Assembly: GCF_964204645.1 (NCBI RefSeq)
Contig: NC_134027.1
Span: 14,912,485 to 14,976,484 of the forward strand
Length of the DNA stretch: 64,000 nt
From: Tubulanus polymorphus
Lineage: Eukaryota; Animalia; Nemertea
Reading direction: 5' to 3'
This document shows, one piece after another, positions 25,908 to 39,450 of this stretch. The translations under genes and the position numbers were made by a program. The stretch's first letter is position 1. Every line of letters begins with the position of its first letter. The notes under the pieces were generated by a model. That model was not told the origin of the DNA. It did no database searches and saw only the letters and a program-made list of their open reading frames with translations.

Positions 25908-26100
25908 ATTCATTCATTCATTTTTTATTGCTCACAAAAAATAATTTGCATAGAGCAAAAAGTACAGATTGTTTTTAACCAGATGGCAAATATAACAATA
26001 GTTCAAAAGTATTTCAAGCCTTTTCTAATATAAAGAACTAAGTTGAGAAGAATTTTATAAGTTGGCACAGTTTAAAATGACTTGGTCTAATTCTGTACTA
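25908..26100 (-). mobile_element. 3' end of a LINE with AATAAA + (TGAA)n tail
   Basis: Minus strand reads ..ILKLCQLIKFF.. then caataaaaaaatgaatgaatgaatg. Probably the tail of the remnant at 29081-29445. Confidence 0.45.
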
Positions 26101-26150
26101 GTATATAATGTACGCTGCGCATACGTCATTTAAAAAGGAACACATAACCT

Positions 26151-27195
26151 AACTAGGGGTCCAGGGATACCATGCCCACCTGGAAAGTGAATTCAAATAC
26201 TCAACAATCTAACAATTTCAATATACAACGCCCCTGGTAACCATATACAAACACTAATGACCTTGAAACTATCCACATTCATAGAACATGTCAGTTCCTA
26301 CAATTTTGCAATTGGTTGTGATAACAATATATGTCTGGTTACCAATATAATAACGAAATACTAAGTTATTTTACTATACAACGGTGACCATATGGAATAA
26401 CTATGACCTTGAAACTCACCACAATCATAGACCATGTCATGAGCTACAACGTTGCAATTGTGGTAACAAAATATGCAAAGGTACAAAGCTATGGAAATAC
26501 TAAGTTATTGTATTATTCAACGCCCCCTGGTGGCCATATACAAAAACCAATGACCTTGAAACTCACCAAATAGAACATGTTATGAGCTACAACTTTGCAA
26601 TTGATTGTGGTAACAAAATATGCTTTGGTATCAATTTAATGTGGAAAAACCTTTTTCCACCAACAAATGAGTACTGATGACACCAAGATGGCCGCCAATT
26701 ACATCATAATTGCCCGATCAAAAATACCTCAAAAGTCATCTTGTGTCCGATCGACCCAATTTTTCTTATGCTGATGGGCCTATGGAGGATACAAATACAT
26801 ATGAAAGACCAAGATAATCAATCAAAGCGTCTTATAAATTTCCCTAGAAAACCTGAAATAGGTGTAAAAAGTGCTGATTTTGGCGAACAACAATGGCTGC
26901 CATCAGGTCATCTTGATTCTGACAGGGCCAGTTTTTGGGCTGAAGATGTGTCTAGGGTAGATACATGTGTAACCCAAATATAAAGGCATTACATTAAAGC
27001 GTCTTCAAAACTTCCCAAAATAACTGGATTCCGTCTGAGACGAACGGACAGACATCTTTAAAATATATACATTGTTTATAAAGTTGCAAAAGGTATTAAA
27101 GTTACACAAGGGTTCATTCGTACAAACGGACGGATGGTTGGACGAAGAGTGAACGCAATAGCCTGCTCACACTAAAGTCCCAAGTGGGCTAAAAA
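26151..27195 (-). mobile_element. HINE family A copy (about 3 array units)
   Basis: Same termini and core as 24176-25435, with internal deletions and an insertion. Confidence 0.85.
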
Positions 27196-29080
27196 TGACA
27201 TTCATCTCCAAGTACGGCTCACTTTAATGGGCTAGTTACAAATGCGAAAGCAAAGCACCTTAACACTAGAATAGTCGCAGCGGGTTCAGATTGTAAAGCT
27301 ATGTACAATGTTTTAAACGAGATTCTGTTGAAGGATAATACCAAGAAATTGCCAGCTCACTGGGATCTTGGCCAACTTGCCAATAAGTTCGCTGACTTTT
27401 TTGCTAGTAAAGTTGAATTGATTCGAAGCAGTTTTGCTAATGACGCTCAACTCAGTTCCGATTATTATAGTTGTGTATCAGAGTTACCTGAATTCTATCC
27501 GGTGTCGCCAGATGAGCTGTCAACTATAGTAAAAAAGTCACCTACAAAATCGTGCAACCTGGACCCAGTGCCAACGTGGTTTCTTAAGTCAATTCTGCAA
27601 GCAGTCATTCCTATGATCGCCGACATTGTCAACAAGTCCCTCGCTGAAGGGTTAGTTCCGGATTCCTTTAAGGTGGCTATGGTGTCCCCGCTGTTAAAAA
27701 AACATAACCTTGATGCTGATGTGCTATAAAACTACTGGCCTGTGAGCAATCTATCCTTTCTCTCTAAAGTGCTCGAGAGAGTTGTTGCTGCACGATAAAC
27801 AGCATACATGGATGCAAACGGTCTACACGAGTCGCTTCAGTCCGCATACAAACCAGGTAATAGTACTGAAACGGCTCTGTTAAAAGTGCAAAGTGACTTA
27901 CGCTCCATGGTTGACAAGCATGGCGTGGTCGTCCTTATCCTGCTTGACTTAAGCGCGGCATTTGATACTGTCGATCATTCCATTCTTATCAAACGGCTAC
28001 AGATCGTTTTAGGTGTGACAGGTACTGCCTTAAAGTGGTTCCAGTCATACCTGTCTAATCGCAAACAGTGTGTTGTTTTAAATGGCCATCATTCTGAATC
28101 TAAAGTACTCGCGTGTGGCGTGCCCCAAGGGTCAGTACTCGGCCCTTTACTGTTTCTGGTGTACATTCTTCCTCTAGCCCAGTTGTTCAATGGAAGTATT
28201 GATCACCGTCATGGTTTCGCTGATGACAAGCAGATATACATGCCAATTAATTGCAGAGTTTCAAGTATAGGCGAGCAGGTTACTATCATCAAAACACAAG
28301 GCTCGTTAGTAAATCGCTGGTTTAACAACAAGTTTAAGTGTAATCTGGACAAATTTGAAGCGATCCTAATAGGTACAGATCAGGCTATGCTTAACATCAA
28401 TCTGCAGTATATCAACATTGATGATCATAGGATCCCACTTTCTACGGTGCCAATACACAATCTTGGAGTTATGTTTGATTCTAAATTAGCCATGGACAGC
28501 CACGTTAGTAATATCATACGAACGACATCATTCCATCTCCGTACTATCGGTTTGGCGAGGCGTCACTCAACTACTGAGGCAACCAAACTGCTTGCTCAGT
28601 CCAGCTTATCCAAAACCGTGCAGCCAGATTAGTTACTCTGACAAGGTCTAGAGAGCATATTACACCAGTCTTAATTTCGCTCCACTGGCTCCCGGTTCAA
28701 CAGCGGATTGACTATAAGATCCTATTACTTGTGTTCAAGTGTCTAAACAACTTCGCTCCTGTGTATTTGCGTGATCTGCTCATTCCATATGTACCGGCAC
28801 GTTCACTTAGATCCAGTTCTTGCAATCTTCTAACCACGTATCGCTACAGTCTTAAAACCTTTGGTGGACGTAGCTTCCAATATATTGCTCCAACTCTGTG
28901 GAACTCTCTCGATGCAAATATACGGAATATAACTGAAATCAACACTTTCAAACAGAGAGTAAAACATTTGCTTTTCCGCAAAGCCTACGCTCTATGAAAT
29001 TCAGCACCACTACCATACAAAGCGCTGGTGAACACTATTACTAGTGAAACAGGCGCTATATAAATGTGACATTATTATTA
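27196..29080 (+). mobile_element. 5'-truncated L2-clade (CR1 group) LINE, RT pseudogene
   Basis: Motifs KSCNLDPVPT, PLLKK..LD, QSAYKPGNSTETALLKV, LLDLSAAFDTVDH, GVPQGSVLGPLLF, FADDKQIY, LHWLPV.QRIDYK, APTLWNSL. In-frame stops. 3' end GCGCTATATAAATG..(ATT)n. Confidence 0.92.
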
Positions 29081-29445
29081 CGGCTGTGTTGCAGTTAGCA
29101 CATATTCTCGCTTTTCGCGGGGTACAGTTTTATCGACCCACTCTGATCGGTAATACGTTGTTTGAACAGCAGCATCAGCAAAATGAAATCGGTAAGTCAG
29201 TTGGCAAGTTAGTGAGATACCTTTCCAGACCCCAAGTTGTCTTGAATAATTTAGGGTGTCGGCAACTCGAGTTTGATAACATATAACTTCCCATGTTTGT
29301 AAATATTGATCTTTTAGTCGGAGGGAGAGGGTATGTGCTATATAGTCTGGTCTTGGAGAGTTCTCAGCTAGCCGGAGAATTCTCAGCCAGCCAAAACTCT
29401 CCAAGACCAGTTTTTTCCAAAGTGTTGCGTACAAATGATAACCAC
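29081..29445 (-). mobile_element. RTEX/CR1-like LINE C-terminal remnant
   Basis: LRLKDQYLQTW..., then after a frameshift LFKT.WGLERYL..L...SNNVLPIRVGR...PRKARIC.LCN, a typical LINE ORF2 C-terminus. Confidence 0.6.
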
Positions 29446-29451
29446 TTATTT

Positions 29452-29570
29452 TAATTAGGGTTTTCTGTTACATCACAGAAAACCCTATTGAGATTCGCGT
29501 GTTTCTTATTAGGGTTTTCTTTTTCTTCACAGAAAACCCTATTGAGATTCGCGTGTTTCTTATTATTTTT
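29452..29570 (+). repeat. Tandemly duplicated HINE-like 5' hairpin (~53 bp x2)
   Basis: TTAGGGTTTTCT..AGAAAACCCTATTGAGATTCGCGTGTTTCTTATT occurs twice. Confidence 0.65.
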
Positions 29571-31102
29571 TTCCCACACTTTTTTTGTCAAAAGTACATA
29601 GGCTTTTTTACATTACCGCCGTTGCCGATACAATCCGTCTGACATCATTCAGCTCACTTCGATCTACAAATACTCCGTGCGTATTTTGAAGAATCAACGT
29701 TACAAAAGCACTGTCGGGCCGTAAACATCGAAATTTGAGCCCCATTCAAAGAGCTGACATGTTTTTCTAAGTCGTCTTTCGTCGTTTTTAAAAACTTATT
29801 TTAACAATAGCCCATCATCCTCATCAAATCATATTTCCGATACACAGGAAATTTACTACTTCAGATTTTAAAAGCACTGTCGAGCCGTAAACATCGACGA
29901 ATCGACGTGTGTCACTACATCGTCGTTCCGGGGATCAGCTGCGAGTTTCTCCTGATCATGAGTATCAAATCAAATCAAGTGGCAGGCCTAAACGAAACAT
30001 GCCAAAGAGATATAGCGGAGAAAAGCTGTTGTGTCGACGAGGTATCAAAATAAAAGAATATATTACTTAATTCGGCCGCGGGCTTCAACCTCTACATCAA
30101 TACCATCAATACTCTATATTTCCTACAGAACATACCGATCATTGTCAAATGCACAAGGTATTTACTAAATACAAGCATATATAACACACTTCTATCCGTA
30201 TGCTCGACTCACACTTGACATTCGCAGTAAGCGTTCGCTGTGGGGGAAAGGAGATAGTTCGTTGTGTCGCTTGAAGTGAGATTTACTGTCTCAAACAAAC
30301 ACAGCATAATTGTTGCGTTTATTAACGGACTCATTGGATTGAACTTCAAAACAAAATTTACGATATTTAGGAGGGTTGTATATCAATAGGCCTACGACCA
30401 ATCTGTCCAGATGTTAGGCCTACGCATATACATAGGCCTACATAGGCTAGTAGCCTCTATTAGGTTGAGGCTAAGTTCACAGTAAAGGAAAAATCAGATT
30501 CATTAAAATGCATGTTAATTAGTGATTTACTGGTTCTGACTTGCAACAATCAATCACAATTATCAATTTTATTGGCAAAAATGAAGATTTTTTTGAAAAT
30601 TTCACTATGAGGTGAATCAATCCGGAATCTTTCAGCAGAATATCAGACACTAGGTCCCTTTCTTTAAAGGTTTATTTGCTATGTGTCATTAACAATCAGT
30701 TGTATAATACTGTTTTCATAAATTTGAAGCAGCGCGCCGGCAGCGAATGCTCAAGCAATGTCAGTCACGTATGCCGACATTAACACAAACCAGACCACGG
30801 TTTTTGCGGTTAAGAGCATCTCCCCACATAAATTACAGGGACTATAGTGCACCATTTGTTGACACTAACCTTAAATGAACTTTGTATGGATACAATCAAG
30901 ATAATTTCACCCTGTAATTCCACTATTTAACGGTCGACAAGCAGCTTAAACTGGGTGCCGCCATTCAGTACGCTATTCATAATGTATCTCTACACACATC
31001 AAAATCCCACTTGAATTACAAATGTTGCCCAGCAAGTAATTAATGCAAACACATGAGCCCATTGGCAGATATGCCGGTCATGCTAGAAGTTGGAATGTTT
31101 AC

Positions 31103-31222
31103 CTGGTCATTTGGATCAACTTTAGTCATCATTCGCTCTTCGAGTAAGTTAAAAAGATGGCGCTGCAGCGCATAAAGTTGGTGAGACATTTCAGTACCGA
31201 CTGTTCCTCCACAAACAACATG
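31103..31222 (-). CDS. ELMO: ELMO internal exon
   Basis: attacag|[40 protein letters not shown]|gtaaac. Matches ELMO1 [41 protein letters not shown]. 120 bp. Confidence 0.95.
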
Positions 31223-32612
31223 CTGTAATATAATCAACATAAAATACATGAAATCTGTATTTTTCAAGTTTGAAACCATTGGTCTTTTGATATCATAACC
31301 TATTTAACTGGTGAAATGCTTGCCCATCTGACAATTGCTCTTGCCCCTGAGAAACCACTAACGTTATAAATCGACCACAATCTTAAACCGGACAATAGCA
31401 CATTGCATACTCCCCCAGTCAGGGCAAGTCTTATAAGGGCGGCAAAAATAGCGCCCACTCTCGTATCCATATCCCAAATAAAAATTGTAATGAGAAAATT
31501 GGATTAAAAATATGGACTATCGAACAGGAACAAGGTACAAAACAGCTATTTTACCATCACAAATATGTGAAAATATGGCCTAAGCAGTATCCTGGATGAC
31601 ATTCAAAAGTAAAAAAGCCATAGGGCTCGTCCCCCTATCGCCCCTAACCAAATCGGAAAATTTATGAAAAAAAAACAGTACAAGCCAAGTGTGGAATGCA
31701 AAATGCCTATCTAAACCACAAATTTGACCTGAGCAGTTGTGGATCAAAAACAATGAGGCAGATCCTTCTTCAACCACTTATGCAAATACTAAGTTAAAAG
31801 TAGACTAGTCAAAAACAAGACTGTACAGTGGAACAATAGTCCAAAATGAACAGAATTGGAATCTGATATGGCCACCTGGCCAATGAGTAGAAATTTCATG
31901 TGCTACCACTCAGAAATTGGATCATGGATAGAAACTAATCATAAGTATTAACAGAATCTAGAGCTTGGGGCGAATCCAGGTAAAAATGCCAGAGGAAAAA
32001 TCACACCATAGGTAAAAATGCCAGAAGGAAATGTGAGATAAATAGAGCAAAGCATTTATCAACATTGGACCTGATATTCTTATTTACACTAGATTTTATG
32101 TAATGAATGCACAGTTAAGATATACATAACATATTCCTATGATAATAAAGATTTAAAGAAAAAAAAATGACAAATTTATAAAATGAAGAGACTCACAAAT
32201 TTATAAAACAAGAAACAAAATTCTTAATATGGACGTTCCTTAATTTACATGAGTGTATGTTTAATCAGCATCAAAATTAAACATTGGTACTCTAGAGATT
32301 TAAGAACAAATGAAAAAGAGAAATAACTTTTGGACTGAATTCAAATGGGAGAAAATGGACTTGTTACACACAATTAGATCGAAAATAAGGAAATATTTTA
32401 AAATAATGTATTTTCTCAAATGTATGAATGGAAACACATACCTATCTTCGGCATGAAGCTTTTGGCAGAATTTCAGAGAATCCGTGCTCCAAGCAATCAA
32501 AAAAGCCTAAGATGTCCCCCCTTGATTGAATCAAGAAGTATTGATGAAAATCTGTCTATTGATACAATCTCCGTCACACACAACTGCATGATGATACATC
32601 TAGAATATACCT

Positions 32613-33030
32613 GGTAGTGGGTTTTCCCCACTGACTCAAATACTCTCCACGTTTATGATGTGACGAAATCATTTATTTCATACACTATGTACAAAGATTG
32701 TTAACGTTCAACAATTTATTTTCGTAAATTGAACAACTTCCAGGATTCACCTCCCCCTTTCCCAATTGTACTGTCCTTCTATAATATTCACTGCTTTTCA
32801 CGGCCGCCCACGACGAACTCTGGCAGTTGAATCATTTGCAGTTTCCAAGAAAACTTTAACAAGGCGCGAGGCGTACTTTTCAAATACATGCACAGATCAA
32901 TACACCACATAGCAGCGAGTCTGTGTACCGTGCACGTGATCATATAAAAAACCTTTAAAAACCAACGAAATCAACTTTATTTCATTCAAAATAATAATTG
33001 CCCACGGGCCAAGAGGTTTTACCACAGCCT
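32613..33030. repeat. Unclassified interspersed repeat
   Basis: Similar to 44895-45210 (tcccctttcccaatt..ctgtccttctata..cacggccrccca; agatcaatacaccaca.agcagcgagtctgtgta) and to 58424-58590 (ggtagygggttttcccca.tgactca). Confidence 0.6.
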
Positions 33031-34820
33031 TATGAAGTGCAGAGATGATAAGTCAAAGTTCAAAATACCTGTGAACAATAGATGCAATTTGTAATTTACG
33101 AGTAGATTAATTGACGGTCAAAAGAATGAGCCGTAGCTGCTACATCGGCTTGTTGCAAATCCAAGGACAGAGCTGAGATACTTTGCAGACTTTTTGCCGA
33201 TAATCCGCAGTAAAGCCAGACCGGTTCAGTCGCACGTATCAAAACAGCCGCAGCCGCAGCGTCATGACGAAATGCGATGCCCATACGAAGACTGGATCGC
33301 TACGGACAAGCCCTGTCGAGATGATGCATGGCGATTACTTATATCCTAATCAATACTAGTTCACCTGTCCGGTGTTTTCTAAATGCAAATAAGTGTTGCG
33401 TCTAAAAAATTTAAGGCTTTCAAGACCATTGTCTGCTAACTTCAAATCTAAAGGCTCTGACTTTCCCAGCACAAAACAAGGAATTTAAGACCGCTACGGT
33501 ACCGACCCTTGGTGCAAGGTGCCCGTTCACGCCAAGTGATGTAGTGATCCGCATATTAAATCACCTTGTAAAACTAATTTATCCGAACGAATTATTGATA
33601 AAATATTATTCAAAAATCTTCTTGATACTATTGTGATCAACTTCTATCACCATTCAACCCAATATAATGTGAAATTATCTTGAATACAAAGTTGCCAGAT
33701 CTTTTTTGCAACGTATTTAACCCCATTAATCAGATCTTTCCTTAATTCAATGACTGTAAAAATGGTGTGCTTTGGTTCGCGGTAAACATACACGACACGC
33801 TCGTTACTCGAGAGCTAAAAATGAATGACAAATTCATAGAATAAAGAGAATCACAAATTTATAAAACAAAGTATGACATAGCAAGAAATTCATGAACATT
33901 ATTGATATTCTTATTTGCACAAGATGATATTAAGATACAAAATACATATATAAAATATTTTTAGACCATCGGAAATTAAAAAATTAATGCACATGTTCTT
34001 ATATAATCGAAATAAACAAGCGAACATAGTCATTATATATAACGCATTTCTAAATTAATGAATATTAACAAATGAATGCACTTACTTAAGAGTTAACTTC
34101 TATAATTAAATTGCCCATGGGCAAAGTGTGGTTTACCTTGAAATCTGGAGCCTGTTTGGCAAGGGCATTGCTTATGAAAAATCTTTTTAATTAGTGAATT
34201 CAAAGTTCTATTATTTCATTTTATCTTTATGACATAATTATTTTGTAGTCAAATATCACAAATCAGAGGGTGGCTAAATAGTCTTGACATCTTTTCCAAT
34301 GTATAGCCGAAGAAGCTACGAAACACAGTACCGTAATAAAAAATCGGCGTCGTATGTCAGTTGATCGTTTTAATACCACTAAAATATTCAGACCTCGACC
34401 TATACCTATAGCTTGCTGCTAAGTATTTTCAGGTTACAAGAAATTACAATTTATTACAAATTCTATCAAACAGAAAACACAGCGCTCATCTTCTGCGTCA
34501 AACGTGCACGCGCCAGCAAGCAGCGTTATTACAGTATCACTATACACGTAGTAGTGTATACTGTAGTTGTACGAGCGTGTACTGTGTGTGCAACAGACTA
34601 ATGATTAGCACTCAGCGCGTATGTGGAGGCCGTGTGATTGTTCGCTTACATTTCAATGTCAATCAAAACAATCACTGGGTATTAAAATGAAACAATACCT
34701 TTGGCCGATATGTAAATTAATTATATTCTCACCAGCAATGCGCATTTGGAATTTGTGAGCGCATGGCACCTAGTCCAATGAAACGTTTGTCATTTTGGCT
34801 TTCCCATAATTATTTTGGTA

Positions 34821-37005
34821 CTCAGTGATAGTACGGCCTGGGTAAAACTCGAGCGAGTTGCAGATGGTGAACAGCGCACCATACGGCTCGAAATATAATC
34901 GTTGAACTGATACAGATAAATATAGACTGATGAGGAAAGTCTCTGTCTTATCATCTGGGTCATGGCACCTCATTTCCCACAGGTCGTTATTTTTCACAGT
35001 TAATGAGGGTAATTGCTTACATAGTAAGTGCTAATACACAAACATATTTTACTACTGTTTGACTGAGTAGAATCGGGGAAGTAATGATCAGATTACACTT
35101 CCCTGGTAGAATCATGAGAACAGACCATTGAAACACATCAACGCAATACTAGCGACAAAATCAAGATACCTTTCATTTTCATCGTCACAATAAATTAGAC
35201 ATTGAATCGACATATAATAATTAATGATAACAATTTGATAGTTTTGATTTGATTTATCAAATTCATCTATTATCAAATGATTCATATCATTAAAATTATA
35301 TAAACGATTTTATTCTATTTAGAACCGATATCAACCATAGCGAGTATAACTTAATTTTGGTTAAACAATTTCAAGTTATATGAATAAAAAACTAACCCGA
35401 TTCAGTTTATTAATATGATATTCAAGTCTTTTGGCGTCACTTTTCGTGTGATCGCGTCTTGATAAAAAACAAGTGTCTTGTGAAATTTGCAGAATCGACG
35501 AACCTTCTTCAGAAATGTTTCTAGCTATCCTATCAACTCCGGCCACGAGGATTAGGACCCCTAGCAACTTAAGATGGTGTTCGAATTGCCGAAATAAATG
35601 TAAAATATAAATTTGCAATTGAAATGGTAGAACGATCAGACTAATGAAACTATTACGACGTAATTATTGAGGGTTTAACTCGTAGTTATGTTGCTCCGCT
35701 GGAATTTACGCCAAAGTAAGTGACGATTCTGCCAGTTCGATAAAATATTAGAACAGGTAACAGAATAACATTCTAATCCGCGAACGACAAATTCAACGTG
35801 CTTTAAAACGATAAATAATTTCACTATAGCGGTAAAGATGTCCCGTCATTAAATTTTATTCATCAGTATATTCAACTGCCGCGATTTGGTAATTCAGCGA
35901 AAGTTCAAACACCCACTTGGAAATAGTGCAGGCCACATCATACCAGCGCGGTAGTTTGTGTAAAATGTTTACAGGAACACATCTGGCTCTCACCAGTTTC
36001 ACACAGTACCATAATGACGCTTCAGAAAAACTTTTTTCATATATCTTTGAAATCATTTTGATCATATTCTTTATTCTTTAAGTTATATTTCACTGATTCC
36101 ATGGATGTTTTTCATAAAAATTCCTCCAGTAATAACGGATTTGAACATAAAATCTGTATTTTCAATATATTCAATTTTTGTTCAATTTCGATGAAATTTT
36201 GACACAACATTGCTGATAAGGAACCTAGATGATATTGAAATATTCAGTTTTATACAATTTTTAGGTAAAAAGTTTTCTGACCCCCAAAGTATGCACTAGA
36301 GAGCTGCACCTGTTTGGTTTTATGACTCTAGGTTACTGTGTGAAGTTTGTTGCACCGCTTGTGTCTTGGTACTAGTAGAATATTTCCAGGCAGTTCGCGC
36401 GAGCTACCGTATGTAGGCCGGCTCTCGGTGACCTTTCTCTCCCTGCAACCAGGAAGTTTTACGTCATTGATACGGATATAGCCGAGTTGAAAAAGCGATG
36501 AAATCACCAAAATTACTAATATAGCGGGATTTTATACGAATAAGATTTCAACTCTTCCATTTCTTCAAGATTTCCATCTTAATGTAGAAAAAAAACCGGA
36601 AGTCATAACCCAATTATCTGTTCAGTTATGGTTCTGTCAGTGCAAAAATAGCCTATTTCGAGGCTAAAATACTGAATTAATCATTCCAACCTATATATTT
36701 TTCCAGGACCTTTTAGAATAGTGTAGGTTGGGGCATTGGAAACATAAATCAACTCGTGAACTTTGATAGGATAATCCCGCTCATTTTTTTCTGAGCGACA
36801 GAAGTTTTCGGGATAGATTTGTGTAGCGCAAATGATGTTCTTTCTGAAAACAAATTACATACACAGATAGCCCAAAATCTTCTTCTTTGAATAAAGCAAG
36901 AGTTAAAAGAATCGGATGAATAATAAGGAAGTTATGACCATTTTGAATAGACAAGACACGCTCTGCAGCGCACTATACATTGACCTGCGCCGTACTATCA
37001 CTGAG
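34821..37005. mobile_element. Non-autonomous DNA transposon, TIR CTCAGTGATAGTACGG, TA TSD
   Basis: 17-bp perfect TIRs with TA on both sides. The empty site is visible in the paralogous HINE-B copy at about 38750-38770. Confidence 0.8.
35890..36360. repeat. Fragment related to the Kolobok-type MITE at 62275-63223
   Basis: Shared blocks agtgcaggccacatc, ggaacacatctggctc.caccagt, aattcctccagtaataa, aggtaaaaagtttt..gcactagagagctgca. Confidence 0.65.
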
Positions 37006-37350
37006 TAGCGCCAGAATTCCCCGTATATCCCAAAAAGAGCCAATCACATTTGGTCGTAAAGACAATGCTCCCCCCCCCAATTGAGGTCATTGCAATTTTA
37101 TAGGTAAGAGCTGAGAATTTTTCCGCCAAAAACAGTTTTTCGTAGAATTTTAACAGTCAACCATGTCATCGACGGAGGTTCGCTATGTCTTCGGTCGGAT
37201 CGATTATACGTCGTTTAAGCCTACACCCAATGAAACAAATGCTCACATAAACTAGGGATCCAGGGACACCATGCCCACTTGGGAAGTGGTTTCAAATGCT
37301 CAACAATCTGACAATTTCAATATTCAACGCCCCCTGGTGACCATATACAA

Positions 37351-39071
37351 TAAATTGCCCATGGGCAAAGTGTGGTTTACCTTGAAAGCTAGATGTTGTT
37401 TGGAATAAGCTTAAAAAATCTTTTTAATTCGTGACTTCTAAGTTCCACAAGTTTATATCGTATTTTATCTTTCTTAAAGAATTATTTTGTAGTCAAATAA
37501 GACCAAAGATATACATTTGGTTACGGTCCACGTCCAAAATTTTGTAGGGTACGGGTAGGCGCGGCAGGGAAACTATTTTATATTTTCAAAAAAAATATGT
37601 TTCACAGTATGAAAAAAATATTCAAATAAGGCCATCCCAAAATAATTGTCTGTTTGCCGTAACACTGACTCAACTTTTCAGGATGTAGGTAGGTAGAATT
37701 TTTTTGCAAAATTTTTGGGCAAATAAAACCCAAATTTATCACCTTTTTTACATTGAAACAATATCGCAGAAATCAGCTACGTTGTGCACGGGAAATTTGT
37801 CTAATAGCATAGATTTTGAGAATTATTCTAAAATTATAACTTTGTCCAAAGCGTCATCTCTGTGTTAAAAATGAAACAGTACATTGAATATGTGCACGCT
37901 TTTACGTTACCAGCTTTAATATAGTCACTATGAGAATGAATGGCAGCTTATTGGAACACTGCCAGTTTCCTGGAAAACTTAAATTAGGCCACATGTCAAG
38001 GCATGTTTTCACACGATGCACACTTGAATTCAAACATATGTAGCTCATACGTCGGCAGTGTGTCGGTCGGTCGGCCATTTTTATCAAAAATAAAATTTAT
38101 TTCAATGAATCCCAGAAAAAAAGTTTTCACTCAGTACCTTTGAAATCGGGTCGATCGGGTTACGGCAAACAGACCATTAATATGGGATGGCCTAAAATTC
38201 ATATGATGTCACATGTAAGAGGGTGGCTGAATCTTGGGTCTTGGAAACCTCTTCCAATGTTGGCCGCGGAAGTTAAAATACCGGTACAGAAGAAATCGGC
38301 TATTAGATTGTTTTAAATCCTGGAATTTACAACTACAATATTCCAACCTCGACCTGTACTTGTTATTTGCTGCTTAATATTTTCAGGTCACAAGAAATTA
38401 CAATTTATTACAAATTCTATCAAACAGAAAACACAGCACTCATCTTCTGTTACGATTATTCAGCCTAATTTCATGTCAAATGTGCACGCCTTTCGGCATC
38501 ACCTTTAGTAGTGTACTGTACGAGCTTGTGTGTGTGTTGTGTAACACTCCGCGCGCACGTGGAGGCCTCGTCTAAGTGAATGTTCGCTTACACTTCAATG
38601 TCAATCAAAACAATCACCGGGTATTAAAATGAAACAATACCTATGGCGGATGTGTGAAATAATTACATCCTCACCAGCAATGAGCATTTGAAATTTGCAC
38701 CTATACGGCACCTAGTCCAATGAAACGTTCGCCATTCTATGGCTTTCCCATAATTATTGTAGTAGCGCCGGAATTCCCCGTATACCCCAAAAACAGCCAA
38801 TCCCATTTGCTCATAGAGACGACGCCCCCCAATCGAGGTCATTGGAATTTTATACGCGAGAGCTAAGAATTTTCCCGCCAATAACAGTTTTTCGTAGAAT
38901 TTTAACTCAGTTGACCATGTCATCGACGGAGGTTCGCCATGTCTTCAATCACATCGATTATACGTCGTTTAACCAGAGAACCAATGAAACAAATGCTCAC
39001 ATGAAAAAACGTACCGTGATTTTACATGAATTGGCTGAATGCCAACATCATATCGCTGACAAAGGTAAACC
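37351..39071 (-). mobile_element. HINE family B copy 2 (both ends)
   Basis: subTIRs GGTTTACCTT (near 37374) / AAGGTAAACC (39062-39071), terminal hairpin TTGCCCATGGGCAA, inserted into an A-run without a TSD. Confidence 0.75.
37630..38192. mobile_element. Harbinger-type MITE carried inside HINE-B
   Basis: TIRs GGCCATCCCA...TCTGTTTGCCGTAAC / GTTACGGCAAACAGA...TGGGATGGCC, TAA TSD. The same insertion is at 45992. Confidence 0.8.
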
Positions 39072-39172
39072 AAAAACCAATGACCTTGAAACTCACCACA
39101 ATCATAAAACATGTCAGCAGTTTCAATTTTGTAATTGATAGTGATAAAAAATATGCCTCGTTACCAATTTAA

Positions 39173-39450
39173 CCCTTTCCGTGCTGACAAATTAATACCC
39201 TATAGTGCTTGAGAAAATGTGAAAATTTGGGAAAATTCCACCCTAGTGTGTTGAATAACGGGAATAGCACTATAATGCGTCTACACTGCGGCGCGGTGTA
39301 TCATTAGTTACTAATATTTCTCTATGTTTGACAGGTGCTGCCTTCTTTCAAGAGAGATAATTTCTAATTACTAATTAAATCAATACATCGCAGCACGGTG
39401 TACTAGCAAAATCCATCACCGATTTATGCGGCGTAGACGCACTGAAAGGG
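39173..39450. mobile_element. piggyBac-type MITE
   Basis: TIRs CCCTTTCCGTGC / GCACTGAAAGGG. TTAA on the left, degenerate TTTTAA on the right. Interrupts a HINE-A array unit. Confidence 0.7.

Larger units (their letters stand above)
34107..37249 (-). mobile_element. HINE family B copy 1 (interrupted)
   Basis: Starts TAAATTGCCCATGGGCAA (hairpin) AGTGTGGTTTACCTT (subTIR). Collinear with 37351-39071 once 34821-37007 is removed. Confidence 0.75.

Noticed and set aside
32442-32599. Minus-strand segment with AG/GT borders and faint resemblance (HAVVCDG..HQ) to the ELMO exon at 31103-31222, as a possible duplicated alternative exon
   Set aside because: All three frames contain stops and the similarity needs a frameshift, so it is too weak to support.
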